In this document: piece by piece, positions 21,504-31,491 of the stretch
How positions within the stretch are numbered: position 1 is the stretch's first letter
How the letters are laid out: each line of letters opens with the position of its first letter
Source: Candidatus Poribacteria bacterium
GTDB lineage: Bacteria; Poribacteria; WGA-4E; WGA-3G
DNA: 64,000 nucleotides
Direction of reading: 5' to 3'
Assembly: GCA_965214095.1 (NCBI GenBank)
Contig: OZ243938.1
Location: 2,528,001 to 2,592,000, forward strand
The notes under the pieces: model-generated
The model's database searches: none
The model's input: only the letters and a program-made list of their open reading frames with translations
What the model was told of the DNA's origin: nothing
Translations under genes and position numbers: made by a program

Positions 21504-21750
21504 CACAAGATCAAAGCATCTCAATAGATTATACTACCACAACGGGGACAATTTCATATAAAGAAATACTTGATGAGAGACGTAGCCAATGTTGGCACAT
21601 AATATATTTATGCACACCCCTCAATTAGTTGATGTAGGTTCCCAACCGCACACATCACAATATTCAACCATTGATCAAGTCCATTATATTTTGCTCAATC
21701 CCCAATTTATCCTTGCCAACATAAACAAATATTGTTATCCTCTTATTACA

Positions 21751-23226
21751 ATGAAAAAACAAGTTGGACAGGTCTTTACACCACTAAATTGGGCAGAATG
21801 GCTCATCAATAAATGGAACATCTTTGATGCATGGATTGATGGCGCACATGTATGCGACCCGACTGCAGGACAAGGGGTATTCGCGCTTGCCATGCTCCAT
21901 ATAGCACGAAATAGAGGGATCCCTATCACATCAGAACGCCTATCTCGAATCACACTCATTGAGAAGATTCCAACACATCTCAAACAGTTCAAAAGAAAAG
22001 TCAAAAGAGAATTTAACATCGACTTTCCAGACACACAAGTTTTCTGTAAGGATATAATCACCGAAAAGCATGATGAGAAATACGATATCCTTATAGGAAA
22101 CCCGCCTTGGGCAAATTTCGGGGATTTACCTGCAGCCTACAAAAAAGTAATTAAACCCTTTTTCATTCAAGAGGGATTAGTCGACGATAAGCAACAGTTG
22201 CTTTTAGGTTCTTCTCGTGTTGATATAGCAGCATTAGTCTTGAAGGTTGTTATAGGTAAACTACTCAAACAGAACGGATTAGGATATTTCTATCTACCTA
22301 CATCTCTCTTTTTCGGTGAAAGTGCGCATAAAGGATTTAGAAATTACAAGGCTGATCACCGACATTTCGCGATTGATAATGTTTATGAATTCTCAACAAC
22401 TAAGGTCTTTGAAGGTGTCAGCACATCATACTGTTGTGCCAGAATTCAAGGTGATAAAAAACAGAAATTCCCTGTTACATATAACAGAGAATCGAAAGTG
22501 AATTGGGTTGAATACAAAGCAGTACCATTTGAAAATCAAAACGACCCGTGGCGGATCGTGCAAAACATAGATGAACTCAAGACAGATAATTCACTTGAAA
22601 TCAGATTAACTCCTGAACAAAAGCCACGGCAAGGCGTGAATACATGCGGCGCGAATAATATCTTTATTTATGATCATAAACCATCACATTTACCAGAACA
22701 TTTGCTATTTCCACTCGCAACAAAAGAGATATGGCGGCAAGACACATCCTCACCACACAGATGGATTGTGTTACCCTACTGTCGGGAAACAGGAAAACCG
22801 CTTACACACGAGCAAATCCAAAAGTATGATACATTGTGCAGCTACCTACAAGATTTCAGAGATGTACTACGAAACAGGAAAGGGACAATGCTGCAAGCGT
22901 TTATTAGTAGAGGGAATTGGTGGGCAATGCTTGGTGTTGGACTCTATTCGTTTGCACCATTTAAGGTAATGTGGGAAGCGTATGGAAGAAACAAATTTAA
23001 CCCAATGGTTTTAAGCAGCGTAGATGGACAGGTGTGGCAAGGTAATCAAGCGATGCACGCATTCATACCGTGTTGGTCTGAGGAAAACGCACACAAAATA
23101 AAAATTGCACTTGAGAACCCAGAAATACTAAAATTGTTACGTCAACTTAATGGGGGCGGAAAATGCAACTGGGCACAACCCGGGAAGATAAAGAAATTGT
23201 TGTCATTTTTAGAGGTAGATGAGTAA
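21751..23226 (+). CDS. Orphan N6-adenine DNA methyltransferase (gamma class, TaqI/Eco57I-like)
   Basis: GQVFTP, motif I DPTAGQG and motif IV IGNPPW; no adjacent nuclease; start 21751 preferred over 21589. Confidence 0.82.
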   Translation: MKKQVGQVFTPLNWAEWLINKWNIFDAWIDGAHVCDPTAGQGVFALAMLHIARNRGIPITSERLSRITLIEKIPTHLKQFKRKVKREFNIDFPDTQVFCKDIITEKHDEKYDILIGNPPWANFGDLPAAYKKVIKPFFIQEGLVDDKQQLLLGSSRVDIAALVLKVVIGKLLKQNGLGYFYLPTSLFFGESAHKGFRNYKADHRHFAIDNVYEFSTTKVFEGVSTSYCCARIQGDKKQKFPVTYNRESKVNWVEYKAVPFENQNDPWRIVQNIDELKTDNSLEIRLTPEQKPRQGVNTCGANNIFIYDHKPSHLPEHLLFPLATKEIWRQDTSSPHRWIVLPYCRETGKPLTHEQIQKYDTLCSYLQDFRDVLRNRKGTMLQAFISRGNWWAMLGVGLYSFAPFKVMWEAYGRNKFNPMVLSSVDGQVWQGNQAMHAFIPCWSEENAHKIKIALENPEILKLLRQLNGGGKCNWAQPGKIKKLLSFLEVDE

Positions 23227-23303
23227 CCCATACTGAAGCCTTACTCTTCAGAAATGGTGTAATAAACTTGCCTGTCGCTACGTTCATTGCTATAATGAAC
23301 ATT

Positions 23304-24155
23304 ATGACATTACTTGAAGCAGTTCTACTTGGCATTTTGCAAGGGCTAACCGAATTCCTCCCCGTAAGTAGTTCAGGACACCTCGTCTTAGCACAAGAGT
23401 TCCTGGGATTGGAAGAACACCTCGTATTTTTTGATGTGATGCTACATTTAGGTACACTGTTTGCTGTGATTGTCGCGTATCGCAGTGCATTAGGGAAATT
23501 AGTAGGCGTAGGACTGTCAACTCTTGCAAATGGACAGTTTTATCAAAAGCCAATCACAACAGTCAACACATCAATTGAACTCAGATTTATATGGTTAATC
23601 CTACTTGGAATGATTCCAACCGGCATCATCGCACTGTTGTTCAAATCAGAATTGGAGTCCTTCTTTGATGATGTGCAACTTGTCAGCATCATGCTAATCG
23701 TCACAGGTGTTATTCTTCAGTTACCACGACTTCGCAAACAAGATGCAGAAAACGCTGATCCCGCTCCAGACAAAATCCAAACATGGCAGGCTACACTCAT
23801 TGGAATCGCCCAAGGAGGTGCAATTACACCCGGTATCTCTCGCTCCGGCACAACAATATCATTAGCACTATTTATGGGAATTCCAGCGAAAACCGCGGCA
23901 GAATACTCATTCCTTCTCTCAATCCCAGCAATACTCGGGGCAGTAGTGTTAAAAATTCCGGATATTGGCGGCACACACATCCCCTATCACATTTTAGCTG
24001 CGGGCATGCTCGCTTCATTCGTTGTAGGTTATGTTGCCTTACGGCTTCTATTGGCAGTGTTGAATCGTGGAAAATTCTCTCTCTTTTCTTATTACTGCGT
24101 GGCTTTGGGACTCATCTCGCTCTATGTTTCCACCTTCGTTGCTCCAATCCAATAG
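23304..24155 (+). CDS. uppP: Undecaprenyl-diphosphatase
   Basis: GILQGLTEFLPVSSSGHL, PGISRSG and AAEYSFLLSIP. Confidence 0.95.
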   Translation: MTLLEAVLLGILQGLTEFLPVSSSGHLVLAQEFLGLEEHLVFFDVMLHLGTLFAVIVAYRSALGKLVGVGLSTLANGQFYQKPITTVNTSIELRFIWLILLGMIPTGIIALLFKSELESFFDDVQLVSIMLIVTGVILQLPRLRKQDAENADPAPDKIQTWQATLIGIAQGGAITPGISRSGTTISLALFMGIPAKTAAEYSFLLSIPAILGAVVLKIPDIGGTHIPYHILAAGMLASFVVGYVALRLLLAVLNRGKFSLFSYYCVALGLISLYVSTFVAPIQ

Positions 24156-24820
24156 GTTGAGACACATCCAAAAACTCTCTTATTGTGATGAAGGACATCC
24201 ACTGTCAAACCAATATCTTTTAGTAGTTTACATATCTTCTTGTCGTTTTGCAGTGTGTTTCGAATCAACTTTTTACCAGTGCATCTATAGATCAAACTGG
24301 CAAGATACATCTGCAATGGCTTCAGTCTAAAACGCTTGAGGTAACGTAGCGGAAAACCAAACCCATGACCAGAAATCGCAAGCATACCACCCGGTTTCAG
24401 AACACGCGCAAGTTCCGATAACGCCACCTTGTCATCAGGCACATGCGGCATCACAAGGAAACAGGTAACTAAGTCAAAAGTGGCATCATCAAATGGCAAG
24501 AGTGGAAGTGAAGCACAAATCAAGGAAGTGAATGTTGAAGAAGGTGGAATTAATACATCAATTTTTGAACGACCAATGGTTAAGAATCTCTCATCAATAT
24601 CAACACCGACAAGAAGTTTCGGTTTTCCCGCAGACAAGGCAACGAGATGATTTCCAGGTCCGCAACCGACATCCAGTACACTTTTATCTGTCGTCTCAAC
24701 ATCAAGCGCGTCAAGTTGTTGCTGTGTTTTACCTGTTTCCAATTCAAGATAAGCATTCTGAATATAGGCACGGTGCCATTTCGTTAGTTCGTTATTTTCC
24801 ATAGAATAGAATTTATCCAT
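24122..24820 (-). CDS. Class I SAM-dependent methyltransferase
   Basis: VLDVGCGPG, LPFDDATFDLV and ELARVLKPGG. Confidence 0.88.
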   Translation of the reverse strand: MDKFYSMENNELTKWHRAYIQNAYLELETGKTQQQLDALDVETTDKSVLDVGCGPGNHLVALSAGKPKLLVGVDIDERFLTIGRSKIDVLIPPSSTFTSLICASLPLLPFDDATFDLVTCFLVMPHVPDDKVALSELARVLKPGGMLAISGHGFGFPLRYLKRFRLKPLQMYLASLIYRCTGKKLIRNTLQNDKKICKLLKDIGLTVDVLHHNKRVFGCVSTYWIGATKVET

Positions 24821-25689
24821 TTCGCAAACCGTTGCGGAATTGCTGTCAACTCCGCACGAAAACGGATGAGTCCAGCATCATCACTGACCGGGATTGCCTT
24901 CAGTTCGTACGGAGAAGTATCAATTATATTCCACCCAATATCAGACGTGCGTGCAGAACGAAATCCACCAGATTTGACAATCTCAATCTCGCGTTCAGAA
25001 TAGTCGCCATTCGGATAACTAAAATGAAGACACTCCTTATCCAAGAGTTCCTCTAAATCCACTTTGCTGCCAAGTATCTCCTGTTTACATTCTATATCAT
25101 TACAATTGGGTAAAATCGGATGAAATTGGGTGTGTGGTTGAAAATCCACAGAATCCATCATCTGCTGCATTTCATCTATATTCAGTGCCTGCCTATCCTG
25201 ATACTCCTTTTCAGGTTCAAAATCTGCTGTATCCTTCAGATGTGCTAATCTTTCTACATTGGGCAACCTTTTCAGTCGTTCTTTTTCCCTTTTAGTTTGT
25301 TTAGGTATTCTAAACCAGAAATATCGATGTGTATTGATTATCTGTGTGCAGACATAGACCGTCGGACGGATACGGTACTGCTTGACTACGGGCAAAAGTG
25401 CGAAATTTCCCGAATGTCCATCGTCTATCGTGATCACTACACTTTTCGGAGGCACTTCAGAAAAGTCATTGTTATGAATAGCTGACACAAACGTGTCTAA
25501 TGAGATGATTCTGTAATGACGCGAGAGATACGCAAGATGTTTGGCAAACACACCGGGTGAGACATCGTGATATAAGAGAATTGCGACCTTACTTTGACAA
25601 ATCCATCGGACAAGCAACGGAATACCGAATAAGCAGATCAAAACTGAAACACTGTTTTTGATAAAGTTCGCGAATCGGTTAGGTGCCAT
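24784..25689 (-). CDS. Polysaccharide deacetylase (CE4/NodB-like)
   Basis: ILLYHDV, VITIDDG, PHTQFHPIL and FSYPNG. Confidence 0.88.
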   Translation of the reverse strand: MAPNRFANFIKNSVSVLICLFGIPLLVRWICQSKVAILLYHDVSPGVFAKHLAYLSRHYRIISLDTFVSAIHNNDFSEVPPKSVVITIDDGHSGNFALLPVVKQYRIRPTVYVCTQIINTHRYFWFRIPKQTKREKERLKRLPNVERLAHLKDTADFEPEKEYQDRQALNIDEMQQMMDSVDFQPHTQFHPILPNCNDIECKQEILGSKVDLEELLDKECLHFSYPNGDYSEREIEIVKSGGFRSARTSDIGWNIIDTSPYELKAIPVSDDAGLIRFRAELTAIPQRFAKWINSILWKITN

Positions 25690-26788
25690 TTTTTTCTAAA
25701 AAACTGTGATAAATCTTTTCTAATCTTTGTATAGATTCCGCAGTGTTGAACTTTTGCTCAATAGTTGTGCGGGCATTTTTGCCTAATTCACTTGCAAACT
25801 CAGGTCCTGACAGAATGCGATGTAATGCTGATGCTAACGCTTCTGAATCTTGGGCAGGAACTCGTATACCGTTCTTGTCCGTTTCTATAAGGTCTCTAAT
25901 GCCACCCACATCCGAGGCAATGCACGGCATACCAATACCCATCGCCTCTATCAATGCATTCGGTGAACCTTCATGTAACGATGGAAGCACAAAAACATCC
26001 GATTTCAATAACTCAGAATACACATCCTCACAAAACCCAGGGAACATGATCTTATCCGTTAGATTATGTTCAGCAGTAAGTGTGCGAAGTTCTGACTCAA
26101 GTTCACCATCACCGAGAAACGCACATCGCCACTGAACACCTTTTTGGTTCAGCAAACCCAACGCCTCAATCAAATAACGATGCCCCTTTTCTGGTGCGAA
26201 TCTACCTACGCAAACAATTGACTTCTCTTCGGCATTATCTTTCTGCTTCTGAGACCACACTTGAGTAGGTAATTCCAATATATTGGGAATGCTAATAATA
26301 TATCTATTTGGATAGAGTTGGAGAAGGTTTCGTTGGATCTGTTCTGAATTCGTCAACAGGCAATCTGCGGTATTGTATATTACTTTTTCAGTCCACCAGA
26401 GTCTTAATTTGTCATATCTTGTCTGATAATCACCCCGTTGCGATGCAATGAACGGAATATCTCCCCACAATCCGAATTTACATGAAATACCACAAAGGAA
26501 ATTAGAATACCACAACCAACTATGAACGATGTCCGGTTCAACTGCCTTGACAATCCCACCCAGTGAAAACGCTTTTTCTATCAGTTTCCAACGACTATTC
26601 TTACCGGCAAGTATAGTGACATCACTCACACAAGGGAGCGCGGTAAGTTCACCAAAACGTTCCCCTTCCGCACGACTCAGCACAACATGCACATCATATC
26701 GGTCAGGAGTAAAATGTGCCAACGTCTTGAGCAATTGAGATTCAGCACCATCTTTTGTCATAGAATCAATGACATAGAGAATTCGCAT
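25679..26788 (-). CDS. Glycosyltransferase family 4 (GT-B)
   Basis: VGRFAPEKG and FVLPSLHEGSPNALIEAMGIGMPCIASDVGG. Confidence 0.92.
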   Translation of the reverse strand: MRILYVIDSMTKDGAESQLLKTLAHFTPDRYDVHVVLSRAEGERFGELTALPCVSDVTILAGKNSRWKLIEKAFSLGGIVKAVEPDIVHSWLWYSNFLCGISCKFGLWGDIPFIASQRGDYQTRYDKLRLWWTEKVIYNTADCLLTNSEQIQRNLLQLYPNRYIISIPNILELPTQVWSQKQKDNAEEKSIVCVGRFAPEKGHRYLIEALGLLNQKGVQWRCAFLGDGELESELRTLTAEHNLTDKIMFPGFCEDVYSELLKSDVFVLPSLHEGSPNALIEAMGIGMPCIASDVGGIRDLIETDKNGIRVPAQDSEALASALHRILSGPEFASELGKNARTTIEQKFNTAESIQRLEKIYHSFLEKNGT

Positions 26789-26797
26789 TTTGAGATA

Positions 26798-28294
26798 TTA
26801 CCAATACGTATAAAGCAGCACTTCTGACAAGATAAGCTGGAAAACCAACATACCCCCAACCCAATACAAATCTGAACGCGGTCGTGCTGTGAGATAATTC
26901 GCAACAGGAATAACGAAAAACGGCACCATGAAAATCCAGATACGCTCCACTTCCATCGTAAACCATGACGAAAATGTGAAATAGAAAAGTGTTATTACAA
27001 AACCGATAACAAAAGTATCTGTTTTTTCAAGGTTCAAAATCCAAGAAATCCATCTTTGATTACCTGATGTGTTGTTCTGCTGTAATTCCCGCACAGATGC
27101 GAACAGTTGATGTCCCCAAATAACTGTAATCGGAAGACCCACACAAATCAGGAATGCAAACAAGTTAGCAAAACTGAGATGAAGATAACGATCAAAACTT
27201 TCAAAACCGCTACCCATACCTGCTTCATCCTTTTTGATCGCTGCCCAAAGTGCATCAAACGGTTGAAAACCTGTAACCACATATAGTAACAGGTAGAAAC
27301 CGACAAATCCTGTTGCAGCAAACGCTAATACCTTCAAGTATTGCCTAAATTTACTCCGTTCCAATAATGCAACTACACATAGAAATACCCCAACAACCAC
27401 CGTCGCATAAGTCATAAACATACCAAAGGCAAGTGAAATCCCTGTCAACAAACTATAGGGACGGAACGTATCCAACGCAATATCAGGTGAAGTTTCCCGT
27501 TCTCTCGCTTCGTAAAACAGATAAAGGCTAAGAATCGGGAACACACTAAAGGGACCATCCATAGATGTCGTAGTGAACATCACAAAGTTTGGCGTGATAA
27601 GGAAAAGCAGTAAGGCATAAAGTGCTACCTTCTCACCGTAAAGCCGTTCACTCAGTTTATAGAACGGTATCACGACTATCGCGGTAAAAAGAACTGATAT
27701 TAATGATGCCGATAAAAGATTGTATCCGAAGAATTTGCTAACAAACCATAAAAAGACTACACCACCGGGCGGGTGTGTTCGTGTGTGTCCTGCAAAGGTA
27801 TCAAACAATTCTTTCTTGCTGAAATCACGTAGAAATACACCGAGTCCCAATTCTTCAATATGTGGCACATCCGCATAATACTCTTGTCCCGATCGCGTGT
27901 AAGGTTCAAGTAGAGCTGAAATCCGTATAGGTTCTTCTTCAGTTCCTATTTCACGAAACCCATCAATCTGTGCAACACTTATATTGATAGCAATGAAACA
28001 GACTACCGAAATCAATATCAACTGACGAGAATTAATGCTATTCGGTAGGATATATCTATAGCAAAGATAGAGGAAACCGATACAGATTATAAGTGCGGGG
28101 AAAATCCACAAACTCAGGTCAAGTTGAGGGATAGCGTAAAGCGGGACAAAATGTCTGCTATAGTTGATGGCACCGAGGTCAAGTCCTGGCTCCCGCATGA
28201 TTGCTTTCAATATTATATGATATAATATGAAAAACAGCGCGAGGATACTTGTTTGTCCAGCAATAGTTCGTAACGCTCTTTGCAGATATTGCAT
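26798..28294 (-). CDS. Polytopic membrane protein, probable GT-C (PMT/ArnT-like) glycosyltransferase
   Basis: More than 10 TM segments; THPPG and EVERIW motifs; first gene of the glycosylation cluster. Confidence 0.6.
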   Translation of the reverse strand: MQYLQRALRTIAGQTSILALFFILYHIILKAIMREPGLDLGAINYSRHFVPLYAIPQLDLSLWIFPALIICIGFLYLCYRYILPNSINSRQLILISVVCFIAINISVAQIDGFREIGTEEEPIRISALLEPYTRSGQEYYADVPHIEELGLGVFLRDFSKKELFDTFAGHTRTHPPGGVVFLWFVSKFFGYNLLSASLISVLFTAIVVIPFYKLSERLYGEKVALYALLLFLITPNFVMFTTTSMDGPFSVFPILSLYLFYEARERETSPDIALDTFRPYSLLTGISLAFGMFMTYATVVVGVFLCVVALLERSKFRQYLKVLAFAATGFVGFYLLLYVVTGFQPFDALWAAIKKDEAGMGSGFESFDRYLHLSFANLFAFLICVGLPITVIWGHQLFASVRELQQNNTSGNQRWISWILNLEKTDTFVIGFVITLFYFTFSSWFTMEVERIWIFMVPFFVIPVANYLTARPRSDLYWVGGMLVFQLILSEVLLYTYW

Positions 28295-28486
28295 TCGTTT
28301 TATGTGGTAAGATCAGAGTAGTATAATTTTCTATTTTAGCAGGTTTATTGGGGTGTGTAAAGTTTTTGAGAATATTGAAAACTAAATAACCCTGCAATTT
28401 AGATTGCTTTATTGTATAAAATATATGATACTAAGACTCTAATGTTTAGACTGTTAATCAACAATATCGGAAAGTTGTAACATTGA

Positions 28487-28654
28487 AATTTCAGTGGAGG
28501 GGTTCGTGGAAAATACGCCGAAAGATACCACGCCGACAAAAACCTGATCCGTCTAGACCCGGATGTCGCAAAGGTATTTCCCGATGCCCAAACTGTGAAT
28601 GAAGCGTTGAGGGCGTTGGCAAAAATCATTTTGATGCATCAGAACACGGAATGA
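28487..28654 (+). pseudogene. 5'-truncated small antitoxin-like gene (BrnA-like)
   Basis: Translates NFSGGVRGKYAERYHADKNLIRLDPDVAKVFPDAQTVNEALRALAKIILMHQNTE*; in-frame TGA directly upstream and no start codon. Confidence 0.6.
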
Positions 28655-28699
28655 AGCATCAAGTCCAACATTTCCCGTCTTCAGTGATATTAAAAGAAA

Positions 28700-29812
28700 T
28701 TATGACTCAGAAACCTGCAGCTCCAAAGCTGCATCTAATAACGCATTAGCCAAAAACTGCGGATTAACCTCATCTTTCCCCCGAAATGTCCGCACACGTT
28801 CACCATTCACCTTTAGCACAGCCAATTCTTTCCCACCAAGATGGATACCGAGTTTTGCATTGCGCGTTTCACCAGGACCGTTCACCTCACACCCCATCAC
28901 TGCTACGGGGATATTGATTCCGTTTTTCTCCAATAGCTCCTCTGCCACTGCAACGATATCTTCATAACCCGCAGTAGGGTCACCGCGTCCACAGAACGGA
29001 CAAGAGATAACATCTAATATATCCTCAGCCATACCGAGAGCACGCAGCAGTTCCTTCGCAGTCAAGACTTCTTCCACAGGATCACCCGTGATTGAGATCC
29101 GGATCGTATCTCCGATACCTTCTAACAATAACGTACCGATACCGAGTGTGGATTTGACATGTGCGCGCCGCGGTGTTCCCGCTTCCGTTACCCCAAGATG
29201 CAACGGATACCGCACCTTTGCAGAAAGCAATCTATTTGCCTCTATCATCCGAATCGGATCACTGGATTTAACAGAGATAGCAATATCCGTAAAGTCGTGT
29301 TCTTCGCAGATATTGACATGTCGCATCGCGCTTTCTACCAACGCCTCTGCTGTCGGTGAAGGATACTTCTCCAACAAGTCTTTTTCAAGCGATCCCTCGT
29401 TAACACCAATACGTATAGGAATGTTCGCTGCTTTGGCAGCAGACAATACCTGAGCAATCCTTTCCTCACTACCAATGTTACCCGGATTAATGCGAACCTT
29501 TGCAACACCTGCATCTACAGCATCCAACGCGTATCGGTAGTTGAAATGGATGTCCGACACAATTGGCACTGGGGAACGTTTGACTATTTCACTGAGTGCT
29601 TTCGCGTCCTTTTCTTCTGGTACTGCAACACGAACAATCTGCGCACCTGCTTCTGTACACCGTTCCACTTGTGCTAAAGTCGCATCAACGTCGTGCGTCA
29701 ACGTCGTCGTCATCGTCTGAATGGAGATCGGATTACCGCCACCTATTGTCACGTTACCAACTTGGATGGTTCGCGTCGGTTTCCGATTATCAATTTGTAT
29801 CAACTCTTTCAT
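28700..29812 (-). CDS. ispG: HMBPP synthase (MEP pathway)
   Basis: IQTMTTT, DIHFNY, RINPGNIG, PLHLGVTEAG, GIGDTIRIS, SCPFCGR and MGCEVNGPGE. Confidence 0.96.
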   Translation of the reverse strand: MKELIQIDNRKPTRTIQVGNVTIGGGNPISIQTMTTTLTHDVDATLAQVERCTEAGAQIVRVAVPEEKDAKALSEIVKRSPVPIVSDIHFNYRYALDAVDAGVAKVRINPGNIGSEERIAQVLSAAKAANIPIRIGVNEGSLEKDLLEKYPSPTAEALVESAMRHVNICEEHDFTDIAISVKSSDPIRMIEANRLLSAKVRYPLHLGVTEAGTPRRAHVKSTLGIGTLLLEGIGDTIRISITGDPVEEVLTAKELLRALGMAEDILDVISCPFCGRGDPTAGYEDIVAVAEELLEKNGINIPVAVMGCEVNGPGETRNAKLGIHLGGKELAVLKVNGERVRTFRGKDEVNPQFLANALLDAALELQVSES

Positions 29813-29874
29813 AATTTTGTTGCTAACGGTTTCCGTTTATCGGTTGTCAGTTAATGTTTGTACCTCGTCTTAGT

Positions 29875-30975
29875 TTAAACAAGCGATGTAAGCACCTCAA
29901 TGAAACGTTCATTTTCCTCCTGCCTACCAATCGTCACCCGAATTGCATTGGGAAAACCGTAACTTGCCATGCCACGCACAATAACCCCTTTCTTCATCAT
30001 TGCATCTACAAAATCCGCACCCGTTTGGTTGACAAACACCATAATAAAATTCCCCTCTGTCTTGATATAACGAAGACCCAATTTGTCAAATGCAGCATAA
30101 AGGAAAGTTTTACCAATTTCATTCAATTCTTTGCTTTTCTTGACATAATCGGTATCTTTGAGTGCTGCACGTGCCGCTGCTTGTGCTATCGCATTACAGT
30201 TAAACGGTTGACGGACAGGATTTATCATTGTAATGATGGATGGTGGAGCAATTCCATAACCTACCCGCAAACCTGCAAGACCGTAAATCTTGGAAAAAGT
30301 TCGGGTGATAATGAAGTTACGATCCTCCATCACATAAGGCAACGTATGCGGATAGTCGGGATTTACAACATATTCATAATACGCTTCGTCAAACACGACC
30401 AAGACATTCTCAGGGACTTGTGCCATAAACTGTGCGGTTTCCGCCGCGGTAACCATTGTACCAGTAGGATTGTTCGGATTTGCAATGAAGATGACCTTCG
30501 TTTTATCGGTAATTGCCGATGCCATTGATGACAAGTGGTGTGTATCGTTCTGCATCGGAACAACAACAGCAGTTGCCCCAGAAACCTGTGCCACATGTTC
30601 ATAAACAACGAAAGCACCCTCTGCGTAAATCACCTCGTCACCAGGTCTGAGGTAGGTTTCACCGACAAGTGTCAGCACCTCGTTTGATCCATTCGTCAAA
30701 ATCAGACGGTCTTCGGTAACGCCAAGGTGTTTCGCCAAATCTGATTTGAGATAAAAGCCATTTCCATCAGGATAAAAATGCACCTGTTTGGCACTTTCAT
30801 CAATTGCTTGCAACGCTAACGGTGAGGGACCTAGCGGGTTTTCATTTGATGCTAACTTGATTATATTAGAGATACCGAGTTCACGTTTTACTTCTTCAAT
30901 CGGTTTCCCACCCTGATATGCTTCGAGCGTTTCAATACCGGGATTCGGTGTTAATGTCTTCTGTGTTGTATTCAC
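29875..30975 (-). CDS. hisC: Histidinol-phosphate aminotransferase
   Basis: KLASNENPLG, NPNNPTG, DEAYYE and RTFSKIYGLAGLRVG. Confidence 0.93.
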   Translation of the reverse strand: MNTTQKTLTPNPGIETLEAYQGGKPIEEVKRELGISNIIKLASNENPLGPSPLALQAIDESAKQVHFYPDGNGFYLKSDLAKHLGVTEDRLILTNGSNEVLTLVGETYLRPGDEVIYAEGAFVVYEHVAQVSGATAVVVPMQNDTHHLSSMASAITDKTKVIFIANPNNPTGTMVTAAETAQFMAQVPENVLVVFDEAYYEYVVNPDYPHTLPYVMEDRNFIITRTFSKIYGLAGLRVGYGIAPPSIITMINPVRQPFNCNAIAQAAARAALKDTDYVKKSKELNEIGKTFLYAAFDKLGLRYIKTEGNFIMVFVNQTGADFVDAMMKKGVIVRGMASYGFPNAIRVTIGRQEENERFIEVLTSLV

Positions 30976-31170
30976 GTGTTTCCAATTTTAAATGTATTAC
31001 AGTATTCAATCATTGAATAATAGTATAGCATAGTTCACCGTTTTTTTTCACAGCAAAATATGTCTTTACAAGGATTGAAGTGCCATCGATTCTTTAGACC
31101 ATTATTTCGTAAAGTTAAGACAAGTATTCATTTTCAAATTCAATAAGTGTGAACTCAAAGCAAGTAACAT

Positions 31171-31359
31171 CTAAGAATCGTTGAAAGTCACTCGAAAATT
31201 TATTGTTGAATATGCTAAATTACGAAAACCTAAATGGGTTTCTTTGAGTTTATCATAACTCAGAACGAGTCTGCGGTAAGTATCTGGTTTCCAATCGAAA
31301 GTTCGTTCCACTTTATATCGGTCTCTGTAGATTACTTTATCAAACCAACGAAACGGACG
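31171..31359 (-). pseudogene. IS5-family transposase C-terminal remnant
   Basis: Manual translation RPFRWFDKVIYRDRYKVERTFDWKPDTYRRLVLSYDKLKETHLGFRNLAYSTINFRVTFNDS* contains the Y-(2)-R-(3)-E signature. Confidence 0.75.
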
Positions 31360-31491
31360 AGCAATGACAAAAAGTGGAAAAATAGGACATAAATAAACTC
31401 TTGTTTTACCCTATTGGACAGTATTCTTATGTTTTACTCAATATGAGTTCAATCTTTTCAATACATTTTGGTTCATACTGACCAAGGACTA

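Noticed and set aside
21589-21750. N-terminal extension of the orphan MTase
   Set aside because: The conserved GQVFTP motif follows ATG 21751 and the extension looks non-coding
29854-30528. 224-aa plus-strand ORF and similar antisense or alternate-frame ORFs (for example 46284-46940)
   Set aside because: Shadow frames of well-supported genes (hisC, SprA-like) with no recognisable motifs
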